A stretch of DNA of 64,000 nt from Endomicrobiales bacterium (lineage in GTDB: Bacteria > Elusimicrobiota > Endomicrobiia > Endomicrobiales > JALOBY01): NCBI GenBank assembly GCA_963796955.1, contig CAWCNJ010000003.1:76037-140036 (forward strand), read 5' to 3'. The notes beneath the pieces are model-generated. The model made no database searches, was not told the origin of the DNA, and was given only the letters and a program-made list of their open reading frames with translations. Positions 25,200 through 34,007 of this stretch are shown here, piece by piece. Each line of letters opens with the position of its first letter. The first letter of the stretch is position 1. Position numbers and translations under genes: made by a program.

Positions 25200-27549
25200 A
25201 GAAGCGGTCGTAACTAAAAAGCCCGTTAAGGCTGCGACTGCCGCAAAAACAAAAAAACTTGAAGCAAAGGATACCGTAAAGGCGGTCGTAACGCCTGAGG
25301 GGGAAAAGCCTGTCAAAAAGAAGGCCGCCGCTCCCAAAGCCCCGAAGAAAAAAGTTGAAGACACGGAAGCTGTCGTTGAAAAACCGGTTAAAAAGACCGC
25401 GGTCACACATAAGAAAAAAGAAGTGAAGCCGGCTGAAAAAGAAGTTAAGGCCGTTGAGCCTGCCGCAGCGGTAAAAGAAACGGTCGCACCGGTAGAGCAC
25501 AAACCGGCTAAAATCGAACACAAGCAACCTCCTGTTCCGGCTCAACCTCAACCAGCGCCGCAGCAACCCGTGAAGCCGGCGGTCCCCGCGCCGCAGAAAC
25601 CGGCCCCTGCAGCAGCGCATCTCGCTGCACCGGTTGTGACCCCTCTTAAAGCGGTTATCGCCGCCGCGACGCCTGTTGTCGCGCCGCCTCCTGCTGCTCC
25701 GGTAACCGCTCCCACACCCGTTCCTGCTCCTGCCGCTCCTGTAACTCCGCCGGCAGCGCCCGTTCAGGCCGCTCCGGTCGTCGCTGAAAAGCCGGCGATC
25801 AAGGGTGTTGTTACCATAAATGAAAATACGACGGTGCGTGAACTGGCCGAGAAAATGAATGAAAAGCCCGGCGATCTGCTGAGAAAGTTGCTGACCATGG
25901 GCGGCCTTGCCACCATAAATCAAAAGTTAGATACGGACACCGCGACACTGCTGGCCCACGAGTTCTTATATGAAGTGAAGTTCGCCTCAATGTATGCCGA
26001 AGAGACGCAGGTAGTTGAGAAGGAAGATCCCGCACTGCTGAAAACCCGTCCGCCGGTCGTCACGATCATGGGGCATGTTGACCACGGCAAAACTTCACTG
26101 CTTGATGCGATCCGCACGACGAACGTCGCCGGCGGCGAAGCCGGCGGTATAACCCAGCACATCGGCGCCTATAGAGTTAAGACCGCGCACGGCGACGTTG
26201 CCTTCCTGGACACGCCGGGCCACGAAGCTTTTACAGCCATGCGCTCACGCGGCGCCAAAGCCACGGACCTGGTGGTGCTGGTTGTTTCCGCGGCTGACGG
26301 CGTTATGCCTCAGACCGTAGAAGCGATAGACCACGCAAAGGCTGCCAATGTACCTATTATAGTAGCGATGAATAAGATGGACCTGCCCACCGCGAACCCC
26401 CAGCAGGTAAAACAGGCGCTCAGCGGTTACGGCCTGCTCGCCGAAGATTGGGGCGGCGATGTGATAATGGTGGAAGTCTCCGCGAGAGCGAAGACCGGCA
26501 TAGATTCCCTGCTGGAAATGATATTGCTGAAAGCTGAAATGCTGGACCTTAAGGCGAATCCCGACGCGCTGGCCCGCGGTGTGGTCGTTGAAGCGAAGCT
26601 GGACCCCCGCAGGGGCCCGGTGGCCACGGTGCTGGTACAGAACGGGACGCTGCATATCGGCGATAATTTCATTGTCGGTAATACTATGGGCAAAGTGCGC
26701 GCCATGGTTGATGAGTTCGGTGTCCGCCACCAGGTAGCGCCACCCAGTACCCCGGTTGAAGTTATGGGCCTTGAAGAGACCCCGCAGGCCGGCGATACAT
26801 TCCAGGTAGTAGCCGATGAGCGCATAGCCAGACAGACGGCTGAATCGCGCAAAATACGCGCCAGGGATAATGCTCTCAGGTCCCGTCATCATCTGTCACT
26901 GGAAGATATTAGCTCACGCAGTTCCAAAGAATTGCGCCTTATTATAAAAACAGATGTCCGCGGATCTCTTGAGGCTCTCAGAGATTCTCTTGAACGTTTT
27001 ACCAGCGCTGAGATAGTTCTCAAGATCATCCATGGTGGCGTCGGTTCAATAAATGAATCAGATGTAACTCTCGCTGCCGCTTCTGATGCGCTTATAGTCG
27101 GTTTTAACATCCGCCCTGATTCCGCTATTGAGCGCCTGGCTGAACGGGAAGGCGTAAATATTCGTTCTTACCGTATCATTTACGATCTTATCAACGATGT
27201 CAAAGCTGCCCTTGAAGGTATGCTCGCGCCGCAGATAAAGGAAGTTATGGTCGGCAAAGCGGCCGTCAAACAGGTCTTTAAAGTCACTAAAGCCGGCACG
27301 GTAGCCGGCTGCATGGTGTTGGAAGGCAAGGTCGTGCGCGGTGGTAAAGCCCGCCTGATACGCGATAATGTGGTGGTCTTCGAAGGCGCCATCTCAGGCT
27401 TGAAACGCTTTAAAGATGATGTCCGTGAAGTGGAAAAAGGCTTTGAATGCGGTATAACCCTGGAAAACTATAACGATGTAAAAGCGAACGATATCATAGA
27501 AGTTATAACCCAGGAAAATATCGCCACCAAGCTTAATGACACGATATAA
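25177..27549 (+). CDS. infB: Translation initiation factor IF-2
   Basis: A K/E/P/A-rich N-terminal region is followed by the GTPase motifs [17 protein letters not shown] and NKMD. Confidence 0.95.
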   Translation: MTQKKTTKEAVVTKKPVKAATAAKTKKLEAKDTVKAVVTPEGEKPVKKKAAAPKAPKKKVEDTEAVVEKPVKKTAVTHKKKEVKPAEKEVKAVEPAAAVKETVAPVEHKPAKIEHKQPPVPAQPQPAPQQPVKPAVPAPQKPAPAAAHLAAPVVTPLKAVIAAATPVVAPPPAAPVTAPTPVPAPAAPVTPPAAPVQAAPVVAEKPAIKGVVTINENTTVRELAEKMNEKPGDLLRKLLTMGGLATINQKLDTDTATLLAHEFLYEVKFASMYAEETQVVEKEDPALLKTRPPVVTIMGHVDHGKTSLLDAIRTTNVAGGEAGGITQHIGAYRVKTAHGDVAFLDTPGHEAFTAMRSRGAKATDLVVLVVSAADGVMPQTVEAIDHAKAANVPIIVAMNKMDLPTANPQQVKQALSGYGLLAEDWGGDVIMVEVSARAKTGIDSLLEMILLKAEMLDLKANPDALARGVVVEAKLDPRRGPVATVLVQNGTLHIGDNFIVGNTMGKVRAMVDEFGVRHQVAPPSTPVEVMGLEETPQAGDTFQVVADERIARQTAESRKIRARDNALRSRHHLSLEDISSRSSKELRLIIKTDVRGSLEALRDSLERFTSAEIVLKIIHGGVGSINESDVTLAAASDALIVGFNIRPDSAIERLAEREGVNIRSYRIIYDLINDVKAALEGMLAPQIKEVMVGKAAVKQVFKVTKAGTVAGCMVLEGKVVRGGKARLIRDNVVVFEGAISGLKRFKDDVREVEKGFECGITLENYNDVKANDIIEVITQENIATKLNDTI

Positions 27550-27570
27550 TAATTCTACAGGTAAAATAAT

Positions 27571-27936
27571 ATGCATACGTATAAAAGGGCCGTTCGCGTT
27601 GGTGAACGGCTGCAGCAGGAATTGTCCAAGATAATACAGGAATTGGCCCCGGAAAATGGCCTTGGTTTCGTTACGGTCACCGCGCTTAAACTGACGGACG
27701 ATCTGTTGGACGCCCGCGTTTTCTTCTCCGTGCTGGGCGACGAGGAAGAAATGGTCCGTACCGGCGAAGTACTTGCGAAACTAACCCCGCAGATACGGCA
27801 CCGCATCGCGTTGTCCGTAGACCTACGCCGCGTCCCGCGCCTTGTTTTCGAGTATGATGAAACCCCCGCCCGCGCCCAGAGAGTATTCTCCATCCTTGAA
27901 AAATTGAACAAAGAAAGCGAAGAAAAGAACTCCTGA
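27571..27936 (+). CDS. rbfA: Ribosome-binding factor A
   Basis: RVGERLQQELSKII...VTVTALKLTDDLLDARVFFSVLG. The gene lies downstream of infB. Confidence 0.9.
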   Translation: MHTYKRAVRVGERLQQELSKIIQELAPENGLGFVTVTALKLTDDLLDARVFFSVLGDEEEMVRTGEVLAKLTPQIRHRIALSVDLRRVPRLVFEYDETPARAQRVFSILEKLNKESEEKNS

Positions 27937-27938
27937 CC

Positions 27939-28925
27939 ATGCCGATAACATTAACCCCCTCAGAGATAGAATCCTTCAACGCGATAGAACAGGCTATTAA
28001 CGCCGCGGAAACGTTTTTTATCGCCGGCCATCTTAAGCCCGACGGCGATACCATCGGTTCCGGCCTGACGCTGCGCTCCGCCCTGATGCGCATGGGAAAG
28101 AACGTGGAGATGTATTCCCGTGATCCGCTGCCCGCGACATTAAAGAGCCTGGCGGGCTCCGAAAATATCCTGTTCGGTGAAAAATCGGCTAAGAATTATG
28201 ACTGCGCTATTATCCTTGAGTGCTCTGGGCTGGAGAGGATGGGGGATATCATTTCAGCCGCTCAGGCAAAGATCATCATCAACATAGACCACCACGCCCA
28301 CTTCAATAATTTCGGCCATATTAATTACATCAATCCCCAGGCGTCCTCTACCGCCGAGATCATCTACAAGCTGCTGGTGCACTTTAAACATACGTTCACT
28401 ATCAATGAAGCCGATTACCTCTGGGCCGGTCTGATCACTGATTCCGGCATGTTCCAGCAGACGAACACGACTTTTGAATGCCTGCAGGTGGCGTCGGAAC
28501 TGGTCAAGATCGGTGTAAAACCCAATGAAATGTATCAGAAAATATATTCCAGCAAGACGCTTTCTTCCCTGAACCTGCTCGGGCTCTCGCTGCAGACCAT
28601 GCAGCTTGCCTGCGACGGGAAAGTCGCCTACCTGCGTCTTGAGCAGGCGATGATACACGCCGCAAATTCTCATGTTACCGAGTCGGAAGATTTTATCAAT
28701 CACACGATGCTGATACCGAGCGTGAAAGTCGGCGTGCTTTTCCGGGAAGAAAATGCGACCTCGGTAAAAGTAAGCTTCCGCTCCAGACAAGCCTACGACG
28801 TAAATGCCATCGCCCGGCAATTTGGCGGAGGCGGCCATAAGAACGCCGCCGGCTGTACGATACCCGGCACCATGAACGCGGTTATCTCCCAGGTGCTTGC
28901 CCATCTCTCGCTGGCCCTTTCCTAA
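27939..28925 (+). CDS. nrnA: DHH/DHHA1 phosphoesterase (NrnA-type oligoribonuclease/pAp phosphatase)
   Basis: Motifs present: GHLKPDGDTIGS, NIDHHAH and GGGHKNAAG. Confidence 0.85.
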   Translation: MPITLTPSEIESFNAIEQAINAAETFFIAGHLKPDGDTIGSGLTLRSALMRMGKNVEMYSRDPLPATLKSLAGSENILFGEKSAKNYDCAIILECSGLERMGDIISAAQAKIIINIDHHAHFNNFGHINYINPQASSTAEIIYKLLVHFKHTFTINEADYLWAGLITDSGMFQQTNTTFECLQVASELVKIGVKPNEMYQKIYSSKTLSSLNLLGLSLQTMQLACDGKVAYLRLEQAMIHAANSHVTESEDFINHTMLIPSVKVGVLFREENATSVKVSFRSRQAYDVNAIARQFGGGGHKNAAGCTIPGTMNAVISQVLAHLSLALS

Positions 28926-29642
28926 GTGGACACCCTGTGCGCCTCCGGCTTGCTGAATATCTCTAAACCCGGCGGCATCACTTCTTTCCGCGTCGTTAAA
29001 CTGGTAAAACATATCCTTAAAGTCAAAAAAGTGGGGCATTGCGGAACGCTTGATCCGCTCGCGGAAGGCGTGCTGCTCGTGCTGTTCGGCGCCGCCACGA
29101 AACAGCAGGACAAATTGATGCATCAGGATAAAGTGTACACCGCCACCGTTTTGCTGGGCCGCCTGACCGATACCGGCGATGTGACCGGTAAAACATTGTC
29201 GGAATCCCCGGTGCCGCCGGAAACACAAGAACGCCTGCCGGAGATCCTTACCAAATTTACCGGTACGGTCCTGCAGGTGCCGCCGATGTTCTCCGCGTTA
29301 AAATATGGCGGTAAAAAACTGTATGAGCTGGCTCGCCAGGGCATTACCGTTGAACGCGCACCCAGGGCGATACAGATATACGGGATAGAACTTTTAAGCT
29401 ACGAAGCGCCGCGGCTTGCTATCAGGGTTCATTGCTCAAGCGGCACCTATATACGGACCTTGGCCGAAGATATCGGGGCCGCCCTCGGCTGCGGCGGCAC
29501 TATCGAAAAACTGCGGCGCGATTCAGTCGGCAGCTATATGATCGGATCATCCCTGAATTACGAAGAGATCCGCCAGCTGTCCGCCGAAGCGCTGCTTGCA
29601 AAAGCAATACCACAGGAAGCATTTATTTATGAAACGACATGA
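28926..29642 (+). CDS. truB: tRNA pseudouridine(55) synthase TruB
   Basis: GLLNISKPGGITSF...KVGHCGTLDPLAEGVLLV, with the catalytic Asp in GTLDP. The start codon is GTG. Confidence 0.9.
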   Translation: MDTLCASGLLNISKPGGITSFRVVKLVKHILKVKKVGHCGTLDPLAEGVLLVLFGAATKQQDKLMHQDKVYTATVLLGRLTDTGDVTGKTLSESPVPPETQERLPEILTKFTGTVLQVPPMFSALKYGGKKLYELARQGITVERAPRAIQIYGIELLSYEAPRLAIRVHCSSGTYIRTLAEDIGAALGCGGTIEKLRRDSVGSYMIGSSLNYEEIRQLSAEALLAKAIPQEAFIYETT

Positions 29643-30516
29643 GAAAACCGCTGTCGCCATAGGCACTTTCGACGGCGTCCATCTGGGGCACCAGTACCTG
29701 ATAAAAGAACTTCTTTCCGTTGCGAAGGCGGAGAAACTGAGGACCGCTGTCGTCGCATTAAGCCGTCCCGTAAAACAGGTTAACGGCGTGCTCAGCACCG
29801 TGGAAGAGAAACTGCATCTTTTAACAGAATATCCCATAGATGAAATTGTTGTTTTGCCGGTAGGCCCGGAAATGACAAATCAGGAACCGGAGGAGTTTTA
29901 CCGCGATTTCCTGATAAACAAGTTGAATGTCCGCTGTCTCGTTGTGGGCGATAATTTCGCCTTCGGCCATAAAAGAAGAGGCACCATCAACTGGCTGAAG
30001 CCGGTGGCAGAGAGCACGGGTGTATTGCTGAAGGTCGTCAGCCCGAAGATGTATCACAGGAAACCGATCTCTTCGTCGCGCATACGACAGCTCCTTTCCG
30101 CCGGCCGGATGACGTACGCGAACCGTCTGCTCGGCCGCCACTACCGGATAGAGGGAATACCGGTCCCGGGTAAGCAAATAGGCCGCACGCTGGGCTTTCC
30201 TACCGTAAATCTTTCCGTCCCGGATGAAAAACTGCTACCCCAGGGAGTTTTCGCTGCATTGGTAGAGAACGCCGGTTCAGTCTACACCGCGGTAGCAAAC
30301 ATAGGCTTTAACCCGACCATCGAGACCAAAACAGGTTCCCGCCTGCTGGTAGAAGCCCACCTGCTGAACTTTACGGGAACCTGGCCGCGTACCCCGACCA
30401 CCTTTTACCTGGTAAAACACCTGCGTAACGAACGCAAATTCGCCAGCCGTGAGCTGCTTTCAAAGCAAATCGCCCATGACGTTGCGTCGGCCAAGAAGTT
30501 GTTGTCTGACTTTTGA
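29629..30516 (+). CDS. ribF: Bifunctional riboflavin kinase / FMN adenylyltransferase
   Basis: AIGTFDGVHLGHQYLI and the C-terminal kinase region GKQIGRTLGFPTVN are present. ATG 29629 overlaps the end of truB. The track start at 29596 is less likely. Confidence 0.9.
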   Translation: MKRHEKTAVAIGTFDGVHLGHQYLIKELLSVAKAEKLRTAVVALSRPVKQVNGVLSTVEEKLHLLTEYPIDEIVVLPVGPEMTNQEPEEFYRDFLINKLNVRCLVVGDNFAFGHKRRGTINWLKPVAESTGVLLKVVSPKMYHRKPISSSRIRQLLSAGRMTYANRLLGRHYRIEGIPVPGKQIGRTLGFPTVNLSVPDEKLLPQGVFAALVENAGSVYTAVANIGFNPTIETKTGSRLLVEAHLLNFTGTWPRTPTTFYLVKHLRNERKFASRELLSKQIAHDVASAKKLLSDF

Positions 30517-30559
30517 TTATTGCCTACTGCCAATTGCCTGCAGTTAAACGTAGTTTTCG

Positions 30560-30588
30560 TTTACATTTAGCCCTAAATAGTGTATAAT
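30560..30588 (+). promoter_or_regulatory. Sigma70 promoter (TTTACA-N17-TATAAT) for rpsO-pnp
   Basis: The -35 is at 30560-30565, the spacer is exactly 17 nt, and a consensus -10 is at 30583-30588. It lies ~125 nt upstream of the rpsO ATG. Confidence 0.6.
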
Positions 30589-30712
30589 TCCAATAATATA
30601 TGTGCATTCCGCTGTTGAGGTGGCCTGAAAGGTCGCTTTTCGGCAGGAATAATTAAGAAAGCCCTCCTACGCTGGAATAGCTTCGGAGCGGCAATATAAA
30701 AGGAGTAACACA

Positions 30713-30973
30713 ATGGCGTTCGCAAAGAAAGAAGTAGTGGAAAAGTTCAAGACGCACCCGACGGACACCGGTTCACCCGAAGTACAGATTGCCATACTTA
30801 CAGGGCGCATCAACTACCTTTCAGAGCATTTCAAGGTATATCCCAAAGATCATGCTTCACGTCACGGATTCCTTAAATTGATCGGCAAACGCCGCCGTAT
30901 GCTTGAATATCTAAAAACCACGAACAAAGAGTCTTATAAGACGATACTTGGACAGCTTGATCTAAGAAAGTAG
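30713..30973 (+). CDS. rpsO: 30S ribosomal protein S15
   Basis: GSPEVQIAILTGRINYLSEHFKVYPKDHASRHGFLKLIGKRRRMLEYL, with an AGGAG RBS at 30701-30705. Confidence 0.95.
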   Translation: MAFAKKEVVEKFKTHPTDTGSPEVQIAILTGRINYLSEHFKVYPKDHASRHGFLKLIGKRRRMLEYLKTTNKESYKTILGQLDLRK

Positions 30974-30985
30974 TGAAAATATTCG

Positions 30986-31058
30986 TCCCCGCCGAAGAAC
31001 TCCCCCGACTTGGTCGGGGGACTACGTTCTCGCAAGACGCGGGGATGTCGCATTTTTA
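30986..31058 (+). terminator. Extended GC-rich hairpin + T-tract (rpsO terminator / pnp leader processing hairpin)
   Basis: Nested stems are TCCCCGC (30986-92)/GCGGGGA (31039-45), GAAC/GTTC, and TCCCCCGA (31001-08)/TCGGGGGA (31014-21) with loop CTTGG. The hairpin is followed by CATTTTTA (31051-58). Confidence 0.6.
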
Positions 31059-31221
31059 TGATGAGAGTCGCAGATGAGCTCCAAATAGTTTTTGTCGTTA
31101 AATAAACAGCGCCGGGCCGGGATCCAAAGGATACAACGAGTTTCTTGATCGAGTACGGCTGATCAGGGGAATTCGCTGGATCTTTTGAGGTTCCTGTTAA
31201 CAGGCGCAAAAAAGAGGGAAA

Positions 31222-33315
31222 ATGTCAGAAAAAACAGTTCGCAGTATTGAGTTCGCAGGAAAGACGCTTACCGTTGAAACCGGGTACCTTGCCAAACAGG
31301 CGGGCGGTTCAGCATTGGTTCGCCTTGGCGATACCGTTGTTCTGGTGACCGTTGTCGCCGGAAAAGATCCGAAAAATTTCATAGACGGCAATGTGTTCCT
31401 TCCTTTGACCGTTGATTTTCGCGAGCGTACCTATGCCGCCGGTAAAATACCGGGCGGTTTCTTTAAGCGCGAGACCAGGCCCCGTGAAGGCGAGATCCTT
31501 CTCAGCCGTCTGATAGACCGCACCATCCGCCCGCTGTTCGCCGAAGGCTGGGACCGTGAAACGCAGGTCGGCATCATGCTTGTTTCGTCTGACGGCGTAA
31601 ACGATGTCGAAATGCCGTCCCTGGTCGGCGTTTCCATAGCCCTTCAGGTTTCTGATATTCCTTTCGAGGCCAATGTTGCCGCCGTTCGCATCGGCATGAT
31701 AGACGGTAAGTTCATAGTAAATCCTACCAAGCAGGAGCAGGCTTCTTCCTCTCTTGACCTGATGGTAGCGGGGACCTGTGACGCGATAACCATGGTTGAG
31801 TGCGGCGCAAAAGAGCTTTCTGAAGACCAGCTGCTGGAAGCCCTTAACCTTGCCGCTGAAAACCTTAAGACCCTGTGCGCCTTCCAGGAAGGTTTCAACA
31901 AAAAAGCCAAGCAGCTGGTAACACCGGCTGTCGTTGACGAGGCTATGAAGAACGAGATCACCTCGATGTCCGCCGCCAGGATCGAAGAGATCCTTCAGCC
32001 GAGATCAAAAGACTCGCGCGACGATATGTGGCGCGCCTACAAAAAAGAAGTGGTCGCCGCTCTTGAAGGGAAATACCCGGAAAAAGCAAGCGCCATCAAG
32101 AACATACTTGAAGACCTCTTTTACTACGCCGCCCGCAAACTGGTGCTGGATAAACGCACCCGCGCGGATGGAAGAAATCTAGACGAGGTCCGCCCGATCG
32201 AATCGATCGTAGGTATCTTGCCCCGCGCGCACGGCTCTGCCGTGTTCACCCGCGGTCAGACGCAGGCCCTTGCCGTAGCGACCCTTGGCACGCCGGGTGA
32301 TGCGCAGGTTATGGACGTGCTGGACGGCGAATACAAAGAACGCTTCATGCTCCACTACAACTTCCCGGGTTTCTCTACGGGTGAGCCGAAACCGGAACGT
32401 TCCCCCGGGCGCAGAGAAATAGGCCACGGCAACCTTGCCCGCCGCGCGCTTTTGCCCCTGCTGCCTTCTGAAGCTGAATTCCCGTACACGATCCGCATAG
32501 TTTCGGATATTCTTGAATCGAACGGTTCATCGTCAATGGCTTCTGTTTGCGGCGGCTCTCTTGCGTTGTTCGATGCGGGCGTGCCCTGCACCAGCAATTG
32601 CGCCGGTGTTGCCATGGGCCTGGTGAAGGAAGGCGATAAATATGCCATCCTTACCGACATCATGGGGATGGAAGACCACCTGGGTGATATGGACTTTAAG
32701 GTCACCGGTACCCGCAAAGGCGTTACCGCCCTGCAGATGGATATAAAGATAAAAGGCCTTACGCCGAAGATCATGGCGGAAGCGCTTGAGCAGGCCCGCA
32801 AAGGCCGCCTGCACATACTCGGCAAGATGGAAGAGACCATGACGGCGCCGCGCGCCCAGATGTCCACGTTCGCCCCGCGTATGTTCATAGTACAGATCAA
32901 TCCGTCGAAGATCGGCGAGCTTATCGGGCCGGGCGGCAAGAACATCCGCCGCATTCAGGAAGGCACCGGCGCCAAGATAGACATTGAAGACGACGGCAGA
33001 GTGTTCATCTCCAGCACCGTTGAAGGCGCTGCAGAAGCCGCGAAAGCAGAAGTTGAAGGAATGTCCGCCGAGATAGAGGTAGGCAAAGTTTACACGGGCA
33101 AAGTAACGCGTCTGATGAATTTCGGCGCCTTCGTTGAAGTATTGCCCGGCAAAGAAGGCCTGGTGCATATTTCACAGCTCGCGATAGATCATGTTAAGCG
33201 CGTGGAAGATGTGGTAAAAGAAGGCGATGTTATCACGGTTAAATGCACGGAGATAGATGAAAAGAACCGCGTTAACCTGAGCCGTAAGGCCGTTTTGCTG
33301 GATCAAAAGAAATAA
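31222..33315 (+). CDS. pnp: Polyribonucleotide nucleotidyltransferase (PNPase)
   Basis: Two RNase PH domains, KH (GPGGKNIRRIQEGTGAKIDI) and S1 (VGKVYTGKVTRLMNFGAFVEV) are present. Confidence 0.95.
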   Translation: MSEKTVRSIEFAGKTLTVETGYLAKQAGGSALVRLGDTVVLVTVVAGKDPKNFIDGNVFLPLTVDFRERTYAAGKIPGGFFKRETRPREGEILLSRLIDRTIRPLFAEGWDRETQVGIMLVSSDGVNDVEMPSLVGVSIALQVSDIPFEANVAAVRIGMIDGKFIVNPTKQEQASSSLDLMVAGTCDAITMVECGAKELSEDQLLEALNLAAENLKTLCAFQEGFNKKAKQLVTPAVVDEAMKNEITSMSAARIEEILQPRSKDSRDDMWRAYKKEVVAALEGKYPEKASAIKNILEDLFYYAARKLVLDKRTRADGRNLDEVRPIESIVGILPRAHGSAVFTRGQTQALAVATLGTPGDAQVMDVLDGEYKERFMLHYNFPGFSTGEPKPERSPGRREIGHGNLARRALLPLLPSEAEFPYTIRIVSDILESNGSSSMASVCGGSLALFDAGVPCTSNCAGVAMGLVKEGDKYAILTDIMGMEDHLGDMDFKVTGTRKGVTALQMDIKIKGLTPKIMAEALEQARKGRLHILGKMEETMTAPRAQMSTFAPRMFIVQINPSKIGELIGPGGKNIRRIQEGTGAKIDIEDDGRVFISSTVEGAAEAAKAEVEGMSAEIEVGKVYTGKVTRLMNFGAFVEVLPGKEGLVHISQLAIDHVKRVEDVVKEGDVITVKCTEIDEKNRVNLSRKAVLLDQKK

Positions 33316-33330
33316 ACGAGGTGCATTTTT

Positions 33331-33804
33331 ATGAAAGAAACAAACACCCCGAAGCCGGCTGCATGTAATTCGGATGTCACGGCATTGTATGATATGATGC
33401 TGGATGATAACCTTGAAGAACTTGAAATAAACGACGGTGATACAAAAGTCTATATCCGGCGCAAAGGCGCTGCCACTGTAACGGTGGCAGCACCCCAGCA
33501 GGTCACGTATGCGCCGGCGCCAGCAATGTCAACTGCACCGGCCGCAGTGGAGCAACCTTCGCTGGGAGAAACGGTTAAATCGCCGATCATCGGTGTGTTC
33601 TACCGTTCCTCTTCACCCGGTGCCGCGCCGTTCTCCAGCGAGGGCGATGTCGTGGCCCCCGGCAAAACACTGTGTATCGTTGAAGCGATGAAGGTGATGA
33701 ATGAAATTAAGGCCGACAGCAGGATGAAGATCATAAAGATCCTGGTTGAGAACGGTAAGCCCATTATCGCCGGCCAGGACCTGTTCGTGGTAGAAAAGCA
33801 ATGA
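33331..33804 (+). CDS. accB: Biotin carboxyl carrier protein (AccB-like)
   Basis: The biotinylation motif CIVEAMKVMNEI, a Pro/Ala linker and an AccB-like N-terminal segment are present. No accC/accA/accD is adjacent. Confidence 0.75.
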   Translation: MKETNTPKPAACNSDVTALYDMMLDDNLEELEINDGDTKVYIRRKGAATVTVAAPQQVTYAPAPAMSTAPAAVEQPSLGETVKSPIIGVFYRSSSPGAAPFSSEGDVVAPGKTLCIVEAMKVMNEIKADSRMKIIKILVENGKPIIAGQDLFVVEKQ

Positions 33805-34004
33805 CAAAAGAACAAATAGGCATTAACGCGGGGCGGGTCTGGACGTACCTTACGGACAACGGCCCCACGACCATAATAAAACTTAAATCCGCCCTGGAAG
33901 TTTCCAGCGGACAGTTGCATCTGGCTTTAGGGTGGTTATCTCGTGAAGATAAGATAGAACTTACTGAACACGGCCACACATACAAAGTTAGCCAGAAGGG
34001 CTGA
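33801..34004 (+). CDS. Small winged-helix protein (DUF2582-like)
   Basis: 67 aa: GRVWTYLTDNGPTTIIKLKSALEVSSGQLHLALGWLSREDKI. The start has an ATGA overlap with the upstream gene. Confidence 0.6.
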   Translation: MTKEQIGINAGRVWTYLTDNGPTTIIKLKSALEVSSGQLHLALGWLSREDKIELTEHGHTYKVSQKG

Positions 34005-34007
34005 CAG

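Noticed and set aside
25051-25923. 290-aa and 123-aa antisense ORFs lie opposite the nusA end and the infB N-terminal region.
   Set aside because: They translate to R/G/C/S-rich low-complexity strings. They are the mirror image of the K/E/P/A-rich IF-2 N-terminal domain and have no independent support.
28254-29228. A 324-aa antisense ORF lies opposite nrnA and truB. Similar cases are 35289-36362 opposite ftsK and 60020-60763 opposite trpS.
   Set aside because: The sense-strand genes have unambiguous family motifs. The antisense products show none, and they span sense-gene boundaries.
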